The position numbers were made by a program, and so were the translations under genes. The notes under the pieces are model-generated. The model saw nothing but the letters and a program-made list of their open reading frames with translations, made no database searches and was not told the DNA's origin. Source: Saprolegnia diclina VS20 (lineage: Eukaryota). Taken from it: DNA of 51,342 bases. Shown one piece after another: positions 11,603-23,835 of this stretch. The stretch covers positions 108,813-160,154 of the forward strand of contig NW_008246089.1 in NCBI RefSeq assembly GCF_000281045.1, written 5' to 3'. Within the stretch, counting starts at the first letter, position 1; each line of letters starts with the position of its first letter.

Positions 11603-13085
11603 ATGAAGCCGACGCTGCTGCTGCTAGCGCTCCATGCGATGGCCTTGACTGCGCTCGTCATCGAGCGGTACATGCGCATGCTCCTTGGTACTCGACCTCA
11701 TGGCCGGCGCCGTCCTTCGTATAGGCCATGCTGCACTATCGCCAGCCACATGTAGGCGCCGGTGGCGACGTCGTCGACTCATGCGTCTCGTAGCCCAGCC
11801 CACTTTGGGCGCAACATCTCGGACGACATTCCCGAGCTGCTTCATGGCGAGATTGTGTCAGGTAGACGCTCGACGGCGTCCGCCTGTATGGCCTGACGAA
11901 TTGCTGTGCAGCTCGGCCATTCGACGCGTGCGGCGATGTCATCGAGAACGACGTTGCCGGACGCATCGTGCTCGTCGTGCGTGGCAAGTGCAACTTTGCG
12001 TACAAGGCGCTGCAGGCGCAAAAGGCGAACGCGAGCGCGATCGTCGTCATGGACGACAAGCCCAAGGTCCACGACGAGTATGGCCGCCTCCTTCCCCGAG
12101 TGCTTGGAACGAGATCCATCTTGCTTAGAGTCTGGGGCGTGCACATGATCTCGGACGGCAACGCGTCCGACATTGTCATTCCGTCCGTCTTTGTCGCATA
12201 CCAGACCGGCGCGGCGCTCTTGGCGCAGCTCCAGCAGGACGCCAATTTGCCGCCGCTCGTGACACTCAACAGCACCGGGCAAGGTACGACAATGTGTCTG
12301 ATCTGTGCAAGACATAGTGTCCAATGCTAGGAGTGGCGACGTTTCGACAGCATAGCATTTTTGAAGGCATCGTGCTCTACGTGTTGTCCACGTCAGTGAT
12401 GTTTGTCCTGCTCAGGTCCGTACTCGCGTTTTCATTACCGACATCTGACGCACCCGTAGCGCACTCTGCTTTGTGCTGAGCAAGATCGTTGCTTGGTACC
12501 AGCAAACAGGTAACCAATGTGCGGTTGTCGGCTCGTGCGACAGGGAGAATCGTAGCACGAACTCGGGCGGCACGACGCTTGCCCCTGCGGCAATACCATG
12601 TACGATACCACTTTCTGTCGGCAAGGAGATGCTAAGCACGTGTCGCTTAGGTAAAAGCTGATGAAGACGTGTGTTCCATTTGCCTCGAGAGCTTTGACGA
12701 CGGTGTCTGGCTCAAAGTGCTGCCGTGCGACCACGAGTTTCATCAAGGATGCATCGACCCGTGGCTTCAACACCGCAACGGCAACTGTCCATTATGCAAA
12801 CGCGAGGCCCTGGACGGCGGTAGGAACCCGCTTCTGCTTTCATGTTACCGACTTTGGACCAGATGTGTGCGTCGACGGGATCTGGGCAAACCACCACACA
12901 GGTCTGGGGAGCTGGCTTCCGTACATTCTGGTGTCGAACGAAAACAATTACTCGGTGCAGGTATACGACGTTGTCCGACAGGCCATTGAGACTCAGGCAG
13001 TGTATAGATGTTTTTGTACGGTGTCATCATGATGCTTCCCCTGCTCGTGGCAGTGGCTCTCGGGTACTTCACTGTCGACCTCTAA
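11603..13085 (+). CDS. PA-domain transmembrane RING-H2 E3 ubiquitin ligase (RNF13/RMR-like)
   Basis: Signal peptide MKPTLLLLALHAMALTA; PA motif IVLVVRGKCNFAYKALQAQKANASAIVV, IVIPSVFV; TM segment; RING-H2 CSICLESF...LPCDHEFHQGCIDPWL...CPLCK. Confidence 0.85.
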
Positions 13086-14029
13086 GCATTGTCTGCGCTT
13101 CTATCCTAATGTCTTATAAATATTCCAACTATTGTCTTGGGCTCAACGCAGTAGTTCATCGCTAGTTCCGAGTCTCAACCCGCCACCCGCGGCACTGAAG
13201 TCAAAGTTAACGCCGTGTGGTGATCGAATCTACTACGTATGACTGCAAAGACGAAATATCGAATGGATTATGTTGATACATAGCTAGTTTATCGTTTGCT
13301 GGTGGACCGCACTCGAGCTTGGTCTGCGAGGTCCCGAGGCGTACAACTGGTGTGCAAGAATTCCCTGCGCGTCGTGGAGAACGATCACGATGACTCAACG
13401 TCGCTGCACTGGCCGGTCGTCCGGTGTATCCGGCGGGTACACGTAGCACCCTGTCCGACTGGCGGCCCAAAAACGAAGCGCATCTTCGGCCGAGACGGAA
13501 GCACAGTGCGGAGAGTGTGAGGGCAAGGGTGCGTGACCCTAAAATTTGATGTAAGGAAGTGGTTCGACAAGCATGCCCTTCTTCCCGTGTTGAGACGGAT
13601 GTAAGGTATCACAAAGTGGCTTGCTTGCAGATATGGTGGAGTTAACGACGGGCACCTTGAGTGACTAGTGTGAGCTTGGCTGGCTGGAGAGCGGCTGCTC
13701 GAGCGTGGCTAAGCAGCGCGGACCGCTTTCTGAGGTTTGTACCATTTCACTTGAGTTGAACGTGCGATGGACCAGCGACCGACAATGCTGTGACTGTTGC
13801 GTACGGTGATACTAGTACACAATACCCGGTATATCGTCCGAGAGACTTCACTTCTGAAATATCGAGAACACAGAGCCACTCGTCACTGGAGGTTGCTTCT
13901 CGCTGCAAAAGCGTGTACCACCGCGTCGCCTCGATCTTGTCAAGCAAAATATTGCCCATGGTAGAGACGACGACACCACAAGACTGGTCATAAAGACGGA
14001 TATGACAAACCAAAACGTCCGTAGGCGGG

Positions 14030-17000
14030 CTATGCTTTCCAGCCTCTTAGCAGCGTGCTGCTACTGTTCGACTCGACCATTGGCTCCTTTGGCAGTACGA
14101 GAGGGGCGGCGGTGGGCGACGGCGGTAACTCCACGACGAGCAGTTTGACCTTCTCCTGCAGCAGCGCAATCGTCTCGGCGTCGTTCCTCGCTTTCGCATC
14201 CGCCGCGGCTGTCATGTCTTCACTCGCCCGCAGTGCTGCTTGAAGTTTGTTCATGCCACGGCTACGCACCTCAGATAGTTGCGCTGGACGTCCATACCAC
14301 AATGTGTACCTGTACTCGTCGCAACGTAGTTTGAACGACCGGCGCTCGGCCTCCATGCGCTCCATGAGACTGCCCTGCAGTGTCTGTCCAAGTACATCCA
14401 TGGTCAACCATCCATGCTAGCAGTGCAAAATGGCGCACCAGAGTATGGAGGATCTCGGCTTCGTCGCTTGAGAGTGCGGGGCGCACACAAGAAAGAGCAG
14501 GCAAGGCACTAGGATCAAGCACGAGATGTGTCAAGCTGGATGTCGCCTCTTTCGCGTCGTCCACAAACGTCGCTGGCTGCCGAATTGGGTGCACTTTGGC
14601 TGGCTCGTCCTCGAGCTCGTCGAGGTCGTCCAAGCAATCGTCAAACAGCGCACCTAGGTAACTGATAGCACTTCCTCTAGCGACTGTAACGAGAACATAC
14701 GGGCTGGGTCCTCAAGTGCCATTTCCATGTTGCTTCGGCACTCGACTGCGAGATCCGTGATCGCGTCCAAGTTGGCTTCATGCTCCTTGCTCGCCTGATG
14801 GTCGACCGCACGCGCCAGCGTGAACCCGACGCGCGATCGCACGAGTTTTCGTTTTGCCGTCGTCATGTGCGACCGCGTCGGTACGTCGGTTGTCTGCAGC
14901 AGTTGCAGGCACGCACTCTGGAGGTCGTCCATCTCGGCCACATACGTCGCCTCGAGAGCTTCTTTGCGCCGTCGCCAGAGCAGGACCTCGCGCAACTGCG
15001 CTGCGTACGCCGCTTGCAGCTCCGCTTGGCGCGCCCTCCTCGCTGCGGTAGACGCGACCATCAACGTTGCTTGAAGCTCGGCGATGACATCGGCTTCGGC
15101 CAATGCCATGGAATCGAGCTCCGCCTTCTCGCGGAGCGTCTGTGTCTCCGTGCTGGCTTGGCGGGCCTCCACGCTACGAATCGCGTCATCGAACGCCGCC
15201 TTGGCGTTGACACATAGCCGCTCATGGTAGCTCGCGACGTCTTCGACTTCCATCTCCAGTTTTCGGATCTGGGTGCTCCACTGCGCCTGCGCCGCGTGCA
15301 TACTGGCGACGTGCGCTTCCGCAGCGGCCGCTTCGGCCTGCTTGAGCGCACGCAGCTCGGCGTGCAGCGTTGCCGACCGTTCGTCGCGCACTGCATCCCG
15401 CCACGAGGCCTCTTCGGACGAACAGCGTAGCCGCGTCTCGGCCAGCAGATCGGCCAGCCGCACCTTGTACCGGTCGAGGGCCGTCGCAAAGACGTTAGAT
15501 AAATCCCGTACCACGTGCTGCATTTCGAGGAGCTTGGCTTCGTGCTGCAGCCGGGCGACGTCGATCGCTTGCGCGTGCGCAATGGCTGACGCTTTTGTGC
15601 GGGCGTCGTGCTCGGCGACAGCGGCTTCCCACTTGCGGTCCAGCGCCACGCACGCTTCGTCGTAGAACGCTTGCTGGTTGAGCGAGACGGCATCGCCGGT
15701 CCACTGGTTCGTCTGGTGCTGCAGTGCTGCCATCGCCCGCGCGCGGGCAAAGTCTTCTGCCCGATATTGGTGGTCGCGCTCGATGAGCTCGATAGCGTCG
15801 GCATGGGCGGTGGCCAGCGCGCGCATCTCGCCGACGCAGCGCGACCGGACGTCTTCGGTTTCCATGTGCACGCACGTGAGGCGCTCGGTCCACGCGACCA
15901 ACAGCATCGCGACTTCGTCCGCGTGGAGCTTGTCGTCGTCGTCGTCGACGCGGCGCAGCTGTGCGACGCGCGCTTGGAACTCGACCTCGCGTGCGTTCAA
16001 ACTGGCTTGCATCGATTGCCATTGGGTCTCCATGGTGGCTTCGGCGGTGCTTTTTTCGGTCGCGCACTGCACCTCGAACGCGCGCACCCACTCGCGGTGG
16101 TCGTTGTCAAGGGCACTGAGTGCCTGCTGCGCACTCAGAAGTGTTTCTCGGTGCGCGCGTGCGAGGTCCGTGAGCAACGTCAAGCATCTTGTGTGCTCGT
16201 CCCGTGCGACGTTCTCCGCTTCATGCATCGCCCACTCGTGCCGTCGGCGCTGGCCCTCGAATGCCTCCATGCGCGCTTCTTCGGACACCGCGGCGTCAGC
16301 CCGCAGCGCCTGAAGCTGCCGCTCGTGGCGCTCTTCAATGTCCCGGAGCGTCTCTGCGTGGGCAAAGGCGACTTCGTCCATGTTGGCCTGTATGTGGCGG
16401 AGCTGCACTTGTTGCTGCAGCCGGCGCTCGTCTTGGAGGTCCTCAAGCTTGCGGCGCTGCGCTGCATGCTCTGCTTCGATCGCCACCAGTTGCGAGTTGC
16501 ACCGATCTTGCAGCCGGAAGACCTCGTTCATCGTTCGGCTCTCGGCGTCGTGCCACGTCATACTGTACCGGCTCAGGTGTTCGTCATGCGTCTGCGCCAA
16601 GGCAAGCAGCCGCGCCTTGTGTTCTTCGTTTACTTGCTTGTGCCGCTCGACTTCCTCTCGCTCGACGTCGCTGCAGCGCTGTCGCAGCGCGCTGATCTCG
16701 GCGTCGCACTGGCCTTGCTGCGCGACATACGCTGCGTGGCGCTCGTCGACGCCGACGGGGTCATCCGGCGCACTCGCTTGCGCCTCGACCCACCTCTTCC
16801 ACTCGGCTTCGATCGACTCCAAAACGCGCACATGCGTCGCGATCGCATCTTCCACCTGCATGCTCGCGCCGGCTTGGCCCTCGCGCATGAGCTCCACGCG
16901 CGCGGCCAGCTCTGCCTCGTACTGCCGAGATCGCGCTTGGAGCTCGTCGGCGCGCGTGGCTTCTTGCATTTGAAATGCAGCGTCGAGGTCCCGCACAATG

Positions 17001-20000
17001 TTGGCATGGCAGCGCGTCATCTCGTCGAGGCGGTGCTGGTGCTCGGCGTGCAGCGACGCATGCGCATCCCGCACCTCCTTGGCGTTCCAAACGAGCTGGC
17101 TGCGCTGCTCGGCGAGAAGCGACCGCGATGTGTGCACCGTGGTCGCGAGTTGCGCCTCCTCGGCCATCTGCCGCGACCGGAGCGACTTCATGAAGCGCGC
17201 GTGCGCCACCGAGTCGTCGACGGCTGTTGCGTCGAGCGCCGCCAACCGCGCGTCAAAGTGCGCGGCGGCCTCGGCGAGCTTTTGGCAATGGATGCTGTGC
17301 TGCTTGGCCGCCCTGGACTTGGCGTCGACCAATGCGGTGGCGTGGACCGCCTTCGCTACCTCGATCGCGCCGTCGAGCTGCGCGGCGGTCGCCAGCCAGC
17401 GCACGCGCGCATCTTCGTCCGCCATCCCGTAGAGCTCACGGGCCTCGCGTGCTATGCTGTACATGCTACTGTGTTGCGCCTCGAGATAGCTCATGGCGGT
17501 CGCATGCTCGGCCTGGAGCGCCGCGAGGTCGTCTTGCTTTTGCGTCTCCCACTCGGCTTGCTCGCGCGCGCGGGTGGCCATCGTCGCCTCAAACGCCCGC
17601 AGCATCGCCTCGGTCGCATGCATGCATTCTTCTTCGTCGCGCATGCGGCGCGTCTCGAGACTCCAAAGCTCGATGGCCGCCTTCTCGCGCAGCGATCGGA
17701 GCTCCTTGGCGTGCATCGCGCGCGTCTCGGAGAGCACGGCGTCGGTCTCGGCCACGAGGTGGTGGCACTTGGTGTCCCACTCGGCCACTTGCATGCGCGC
17801 TTGCTCGTCGGCGAACGCGGCCTCGGCGCCGCACGTCGCCATCGCGTCAAAGTGCTCCTTTGTGAAGCTTTGGAGCTCCTGCATCCACGCTTCGTGCTGT
17901 GCCTGGTATTGCGACGTCGCAGCGTCCATCTGCGCTTGAAGCGAGCTCTGGAGCTGCTCGAGGAGCTGCGCCGCGACCACCGATGCGGACTGGAGCTGAC
18001 GTTGCTTGGACTCGACGTGGCGCGCGAGCTCGAGGCTCGTACTTTGAAATTGAGATTGAAAGTACACTTGCTCTTGGTGGCACTTGGTGTTGAGCGCGAC
18101 GCAGAGCGACGTGAACTTGGCTTCGAGCGACGCAATCGCCTTGGCGTACGACCCCAAGTGCATCGTTGACGCTTGCGAAAGCTGCGAGAGCTCGTGCTGG
18201 CTCGCGTGCACATAGCTCTCGAGAAGATGCGCGTACGACGCTTGGCTCGATGGCCACGGTGGCAGCACGATCGTGACGGGCAGCGGCGGGGCAAGCACCA
18301 TGGCTTCAATGTCACTCAGCACCTGCGTTCGCCACACCGGGTCGCTATCCAGATCCTCCGTCGCCTACGCGCAATGAGTGTCGGAGCCTCTGTGTGAAGT
18401 GAACCGGGGGAAGGGTTAGCTCAAGGTTTGCGGCCAGCTGCTTGCGAATGCGCGCGAGGCTAGCATTCATCGGCGCGTCCAGTCTCGGCTTGGGGACGGC
18501 CTCGACGAGGGTTTCGAGGTCCACGAGCACGGCGTGGCGCCACGCCGGGTCGTCTTGCGTGGGGCATTCGCTCTAGGCATGAGAATGCAGCAGCGTTTTA
18601 AACAATCGTAGACGATGTACCGTCGCCGGCGCAAAGTCGAGGAGCGACGCCAAGTGGTCGCGCAACCGCCAGAGGCTTTCGTCAAATGTTGCGTCGTACG
18701 GTGGCGGTATCGGCAGCGGTAACGCTTCGGGTTCGAGGACGGGTAGCGTCGTCATTTGGTTGCTCAACGCTGGCGTCGCCTTGAGCTGCCGCTCCTTCTT
18801 CTTGAGCTCGAGTTTGAGCTTGGCAATTCGGCGTTCGAGACCGAGCTTGTCCTACGACACGCATTTGAATTCGAATAGAATCCATCCGACAAGTTGTACA
18901 TTTTCGCTAAACTTGATACTTGTGTCGTAATCGACCGTTTGCGTCGACGCACTCAAAAGAGACGTCGCCACTTGCATCGCTGCGTCACGCACACTCGGTG
19001 GCTCGGTTTGGTGACATGCGTCCATAATGTCATGGGGTGACGACGGTAGGCAGCAGTAAATGCCGACGTCGTGACGCGCTACACCACACACACCGCTCAG
19101 CTCTTTTCGCGCCTGTCAAACATACCACTTGCGGTGGTTACTGGGATGTCGGGTGGTGCCGGTAATCCCAAATCACACTGCACACTGACGTCATCCGATG
19201 TGAGTGGCGACGTGTGAGCGCCGCTGCTTGCACGATCGAACGCCAGACACTGAGAGGCGGCATCGACGCGCAAACTTGAGGACGTGGCGACGACCTCAAC
19301 TTGAGTGCTCTTCTCATCGCAGACAACTCTTGGTAGTGTCGTGCTGCGCTGGGGCAAAAGCGTCTCGAGGAGCTCGTTATGGGCAAAGCTCCAATCGACG
19401 CGACTCGAAATGGGTAAGGCAATGTGCGGCAGGTCAAACCGAAAGACGTGGTGGGCACCAAGCGTCAGGCGGGATCCGTTGGGGACGTGGCACGCGTCCA
19501 ACGTCTGGCTGAGATCGCTGCCGTTGAGGTAAATGGACGCGTGGAGCGCCGGCCGGACGCTCACATCGCCGTCTTCGTTGCAGTGGAAGACGCAGTGCAG
19601 CGGCAAAATGTCCGGACCGTCCAAGACAATGTCGGGCACCACGTCGCTTTCGCCTGGTCGCCCGACCGTCGTGACGCCTTCTTCAATGCAGTAGAATTTG
19701 GTTTCTGTAAACGTCGGGTCCTAAACAGTGGTCGCGTGTACACGTTGTCATGTAGCGCTCGTTACTTGGTTCAAGTTGACGAGATGGGCCACACCGAGGT
19801 GGTGGCACCCCGTGGTCTCTGGCTCGGTCGCGGCATCGTCGTCGCACGACTCGTCACCGAGGCTGTCTTCGACGCGACACCGGTGCGGCTGCTGCTGCGC
19901 GACGCGCAGTTGGCCTCGCAGAGCGAGAATCTCGAGGCGCAGCTGGGTGCTCACGCTCGCCTCGGTCTCGCACGGCGTGAGCTCCATCTAATAACGATCG

Positions 20001-21257
20001 AGTTTGCATACATCGTCTGCAAGACTCGTGTACCAGCGGCGGCGACGAATGGGCCAAAGCGACCTTGACCCGCTCGAGGTACTTGAGGGTGCTCACGGTC
20101 TCGTCGTAGTGAATACAGCATGGGCTAATGGCCGCGAGCATGACGAGCTTGGACTGGCCGCAGAGACTGTCTTTGAGCAGCCGTGTCAGAATCGAGTTGC
20201 GGAATTGCACAAAAGACGTGCCCCTACGCGGCATTGTCAAGACCGTCATGGGACAGGATCAGTGCGTCGTACGGCGTCTGCACGTTGGTCGCCAAGGCGT
20301 GGATGACGTCGCCGAGCGCGGAGAGCGACTTGTTGATGTACGCTGCCTCGCGCAGCCGCGTGCCTTGCGCGAGCTCGGTGCGCTCACTCCCCGCCAAGTC
20401 GACCATGCACATCTTGGAGACGCGCTGTCCGTCCTTGAGTTCGCGCCGCAGTGAGAGCGTTAGAATCGCATGCGACCGCGACGACACTTGGTTCATTTCG
20501 GTGGCCGCGACGCGCCGCGTCTTGGCGCCTTCGCCAAGGAGGTACTCGATGTCGTGGTAGCTCGTCACCACGTGGTTGCTCACGTGCTCGACGTACGCGC
20601 CTCGGTCAGGGTGCTCGCGCACCTTGAGCGCATCCTACATTGCCCTGAGGTTTTATCGCCAACGAAGCTCCCGACCTTGTCGGAGCGGTTGAGGAGGTCG
20701 TAGACGCGCTCGTTGTAGATCTCGACGTAGCTCATCTTGACCAAGTAGGACCGCGCGTCGTCGGGGACCGCGTTGATTTTCTCAAAGAGGCCATGGCAGA
20801 GCCGCGGGATCAAGCCGTCGTGGGCCGACGAGATCGCGTGCTGGTGCGAGTGGTTGTTGTTGCCTTTGGCTTTGCCCATCATGCTAAACGACTTGCCCGC
20901 GCCGGTTTGGCCGTAGGCAAAGAGCGAGCAGTTGAAGCCGCGCCACGCATCCTGGAGCACGTGCGTCCCCAAGTCTTCGTACAGCCGCGCTTGGCTCGCG
21001 TACGTCGGGTCCGACGGGGCGTACGACCAGTAGCTCTTGTCGTACGTAAACGACTGCTTCCAGAGCTTCGTGGCGTGGGCCGGCGATGCGGGCGCCCCCC
21101 GCGCATGCAGTCCCGCGGGGTCAGTCACGATCGTCGCGTTGCCGTCCATCGCAACAATGAGTCGACAGCCGGCCTTGCGCTCGTCGTCCGACATGGGCCG
21201 GACGCGCACCGCCGTGACGACCGACGGCGAGGCGCCGTCGTCGCTGCCCGCGTCCAT
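14030..21257 (-). CDS. Kinesin-3 family motor with FHA domain and very long coiled-coil tail
   Basis: VRVRP, P-loop GQTGAGKS, switch I SSRSHA, switch II DLAGSE, HLVNLN + PDIVLDGPDILPLHCVF (FHA), then a ~1200-aa coiled-coil exon (14654-18337 ORF) with plausible linking introns. The 3' end, and one gene vs two, are uncertain. Confidence 0.75.
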
Positions 21258-21630
21258 GCTGCCAAGATCCGTAACAACACGAAGCACGGTTACTGACGAC
21301 GTTTCGTCGTCTCGTAGAAAGGCAACTGGCCCCACCACCACATTGATGGTAGTGCAAGGTCATGTCAATGCACCACGCCACTCTATCTGCAGCGGTCTGG
21401 GCATCACGCGACAAGGCTTCATTGAAGCTCGAGATGGTTGGGCCAAGGTACATTGTACTCGACTGGGCCGAGGCTCGTCGAGGGGTCTCAGATGCGACGG
21501 GTCGTTGTCTATTCCTTGCCACGGCCCGCCGCGTTCATGTATGTTCGAGCGAATTCCCCAGTCTGCCTGCACCCAAAATACCTAGGAGCTGGAAAGGCGG
21601 CGCTGATCGGGTATTCCGTCATTTGCGATC

Positions 21631-23179
21631 ATGTCGGTGACCTTTCGAGTGCTCTCGCCCAACGAGGCCGAGGCCGCCCACGCGATCGAGGTCGCCTCGT
21701 ACGCGCCCGGGAAGGCGGCGACGTTGATGCAGATCCGCGACCGCATCCACCGCGCAAGCGACTTCTTTTTGGGTGTTTACGAGGCGGCGACGCTGGTCGG
21801 CTTTGTCAACGGGACGCTCTCAGCGCAGCGAGAGCTCACAGAAGACAGCATGGCTGGGCACGACCCGCGTGGCCACTACCTCTGTATCCACTCGCTCGTC
21901 ATTGCAGCGTCGCACCGCCGCCAAGGCCTCGCGACCAAGCTCCTCTCGACGTACGTGCGCCGGCTCGTGGACGAGGTACGTGCGGAGGAGGCGTCCAACG
22001 TGACAAAGCGTGATGGCTAGACCAACGTTGCGCTCATTGCGCTCTTGGCCGAGCCGGCCCACGTGGCCTTTTACGTCAAATGCGGCTTTGCCGTTCTCCG
22101 CATGTCGCCAATCGCGTACAATCAAGCGCCCGATTTGGAGCTCGCCTTCGACTGCAGAGCCGTACGCCAGCTCGACGTTGTCGTCGTCGACGCTTTTGCA
22201 ACGAGACCGTACGAAGGCAACCCCGCGGCCGTCGTCGTCATCAGCTGCCGCCAGTTTGACGCACCGGGCGTCGACCACTGGATGCAGCAAGTGGCCATGG
22301 AGCGCAACTTGAGCGAAACCGCGTACGTGGCGCCGCTGAGCGAAGCGCATGTCGGGCAGAACGAGTACCGCCTGCGGTGGTTCACGCCAGGTAGAGTCAT
22401 GGACCGACAATTCTATCTCAGATCAAACCAAGGCTGTGAGATTCGACTCTGTGGCCATGCGACGCTGGCCGCCGCGTTCACGCTCTTTGAAGGCGGCCAT
22501 TGCGACAAGACGGAGTGCATTCGCTTTCACACGCTGTGGGTACCGTAGAGTCATGTTGCATGTTGTCTCACGCCAAGACATAGGAGCGGTGTGCTCACGA
22601 CGCGCTACGTCGTCCAGCCCGACGGCCGCTCCGAGATCGAGATGGACTTTCCATCTCTTGTCCAGCAAGAGCACGACGATGCCTGGCGCTGTGCGACGTC
22701 GTCGACGCTGCTGCACGCTCTGCAGCTTGCGAACAGTGAAATTCTCGCGGTCGTCGAATATGGTACCAAGGTTCTCTGCCATGTGCGACCGTCGGCGTAC
22801 GACGCGGTGCAGCCGGACTTTGCACTGCTCGCGACGCTGCCTTGCCAGTACGATCCTGTGCTCGGACGATGTGCCAAGAATGTGATTGGTATGTAGGTCG
22901 GTCGTCCTCACGTGCGCAGCGCCCTTGGCGTCGGGCTACGATTTCTACAGTCGCTTCTTTGGCCCGAACGTCGGCGTTAATGAAGACCCAGTGACAGGCA
23001 GTGCCCACTGCGCGCTCGCCCCGTATTGGCATGCGTACCTTCCGACGCACCCGCGGCAATTCCGCGCCCGCCAAACGAGTCGGCGTGGCGGCGACGTCGG
23101 CGTGCGCCTGACCGATGACAACCGCGTCTTCCTCACTGGATCGGCCGTCATGACGCTGCGGGGAAAAATGCTCGAATGA
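21631..23179 (+). CDS. GNAT (AANAT/Paa1-like) acetyltransferase - PhzF/PhzC-like isomerase fusion, copy 1
   Basis: LVGFVNGT, LCIHSLVI, RRQGLATKLL, FYVKCGF (GNAT) then VDAF, GNPAAV, NLSETAY, LRWFTP, EIRLCGHATLA, SRFFGP, NEDPVTGSAHC (PhzF). The junction lies within one exon. Confidence 0.9.
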
Positions 23180-23835
23180 CGCTTTGCAAGCGCAGCCGTC
23201 TGCTGCTAGCTCCTCGAAACTAACCCCACTAAGCCGGCTGCACCAAAGCCCTTTCGCTTGAGTCTTATCGGTGCATGGCATGCCAATGCAGCGTCCGGCG
23301 TTGGCAGATGAGATGCACTTGCAGGTCGTGCATGTGTATCCTGCGGCTCGTGGCGGTAGCTCATACGCCCATATTCTAGTAAGTTAGCTACCCGCCGTGA
23401 GTGATCGACTGTACCTTCACCAATCGGAGCGAAAGCTCCGCCTCTTTGTAGTACAACCGATACTCCCGTATTCTAACTTAGTAGACGATGCTAGTCGTTG
23501 CCCAAACTAGCAGATGTTTGCGTCGCAGATCGGGTGCGTGGACAGTCATCATCGCGACGGAAAGATGCGAAGGTGGATTGCGTCACCTCGGAAACAGATT
23601 GCATGGTGGGCCGGGCCCAGCACGCGCGTGGGGCTGCGCGTCCGATCGACCACCTGCTTGGAGACCCAGCGCGTTAGCGTCACCCGGTGACGTCAACTCG
23701 GTCCACTGTTCCCGCAGAATTCGCGTTGCGATCTTCCAGCCTTCTAGAAAGGCGACTTTTTCACGCGCTCTGATTGGCCACATCCAAGGTCGCGGTTTGG
23801 AGCAACCATTTTGAGTTTGCCGTCGCACGAGCATC

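Noticed and set aside
13200..14013. Short ORFs downstream of the kinesin tail
   Set aside because: Could be extra exons, but I could not join them convincingly.
15608..18169. 853-aa plus-strand ORF, and similar long antisense ORFs (5691-7289, 28100-29899, 30674-32221)
   Set aside because: Shadow frames of GC-rich coding genes; no motifs.
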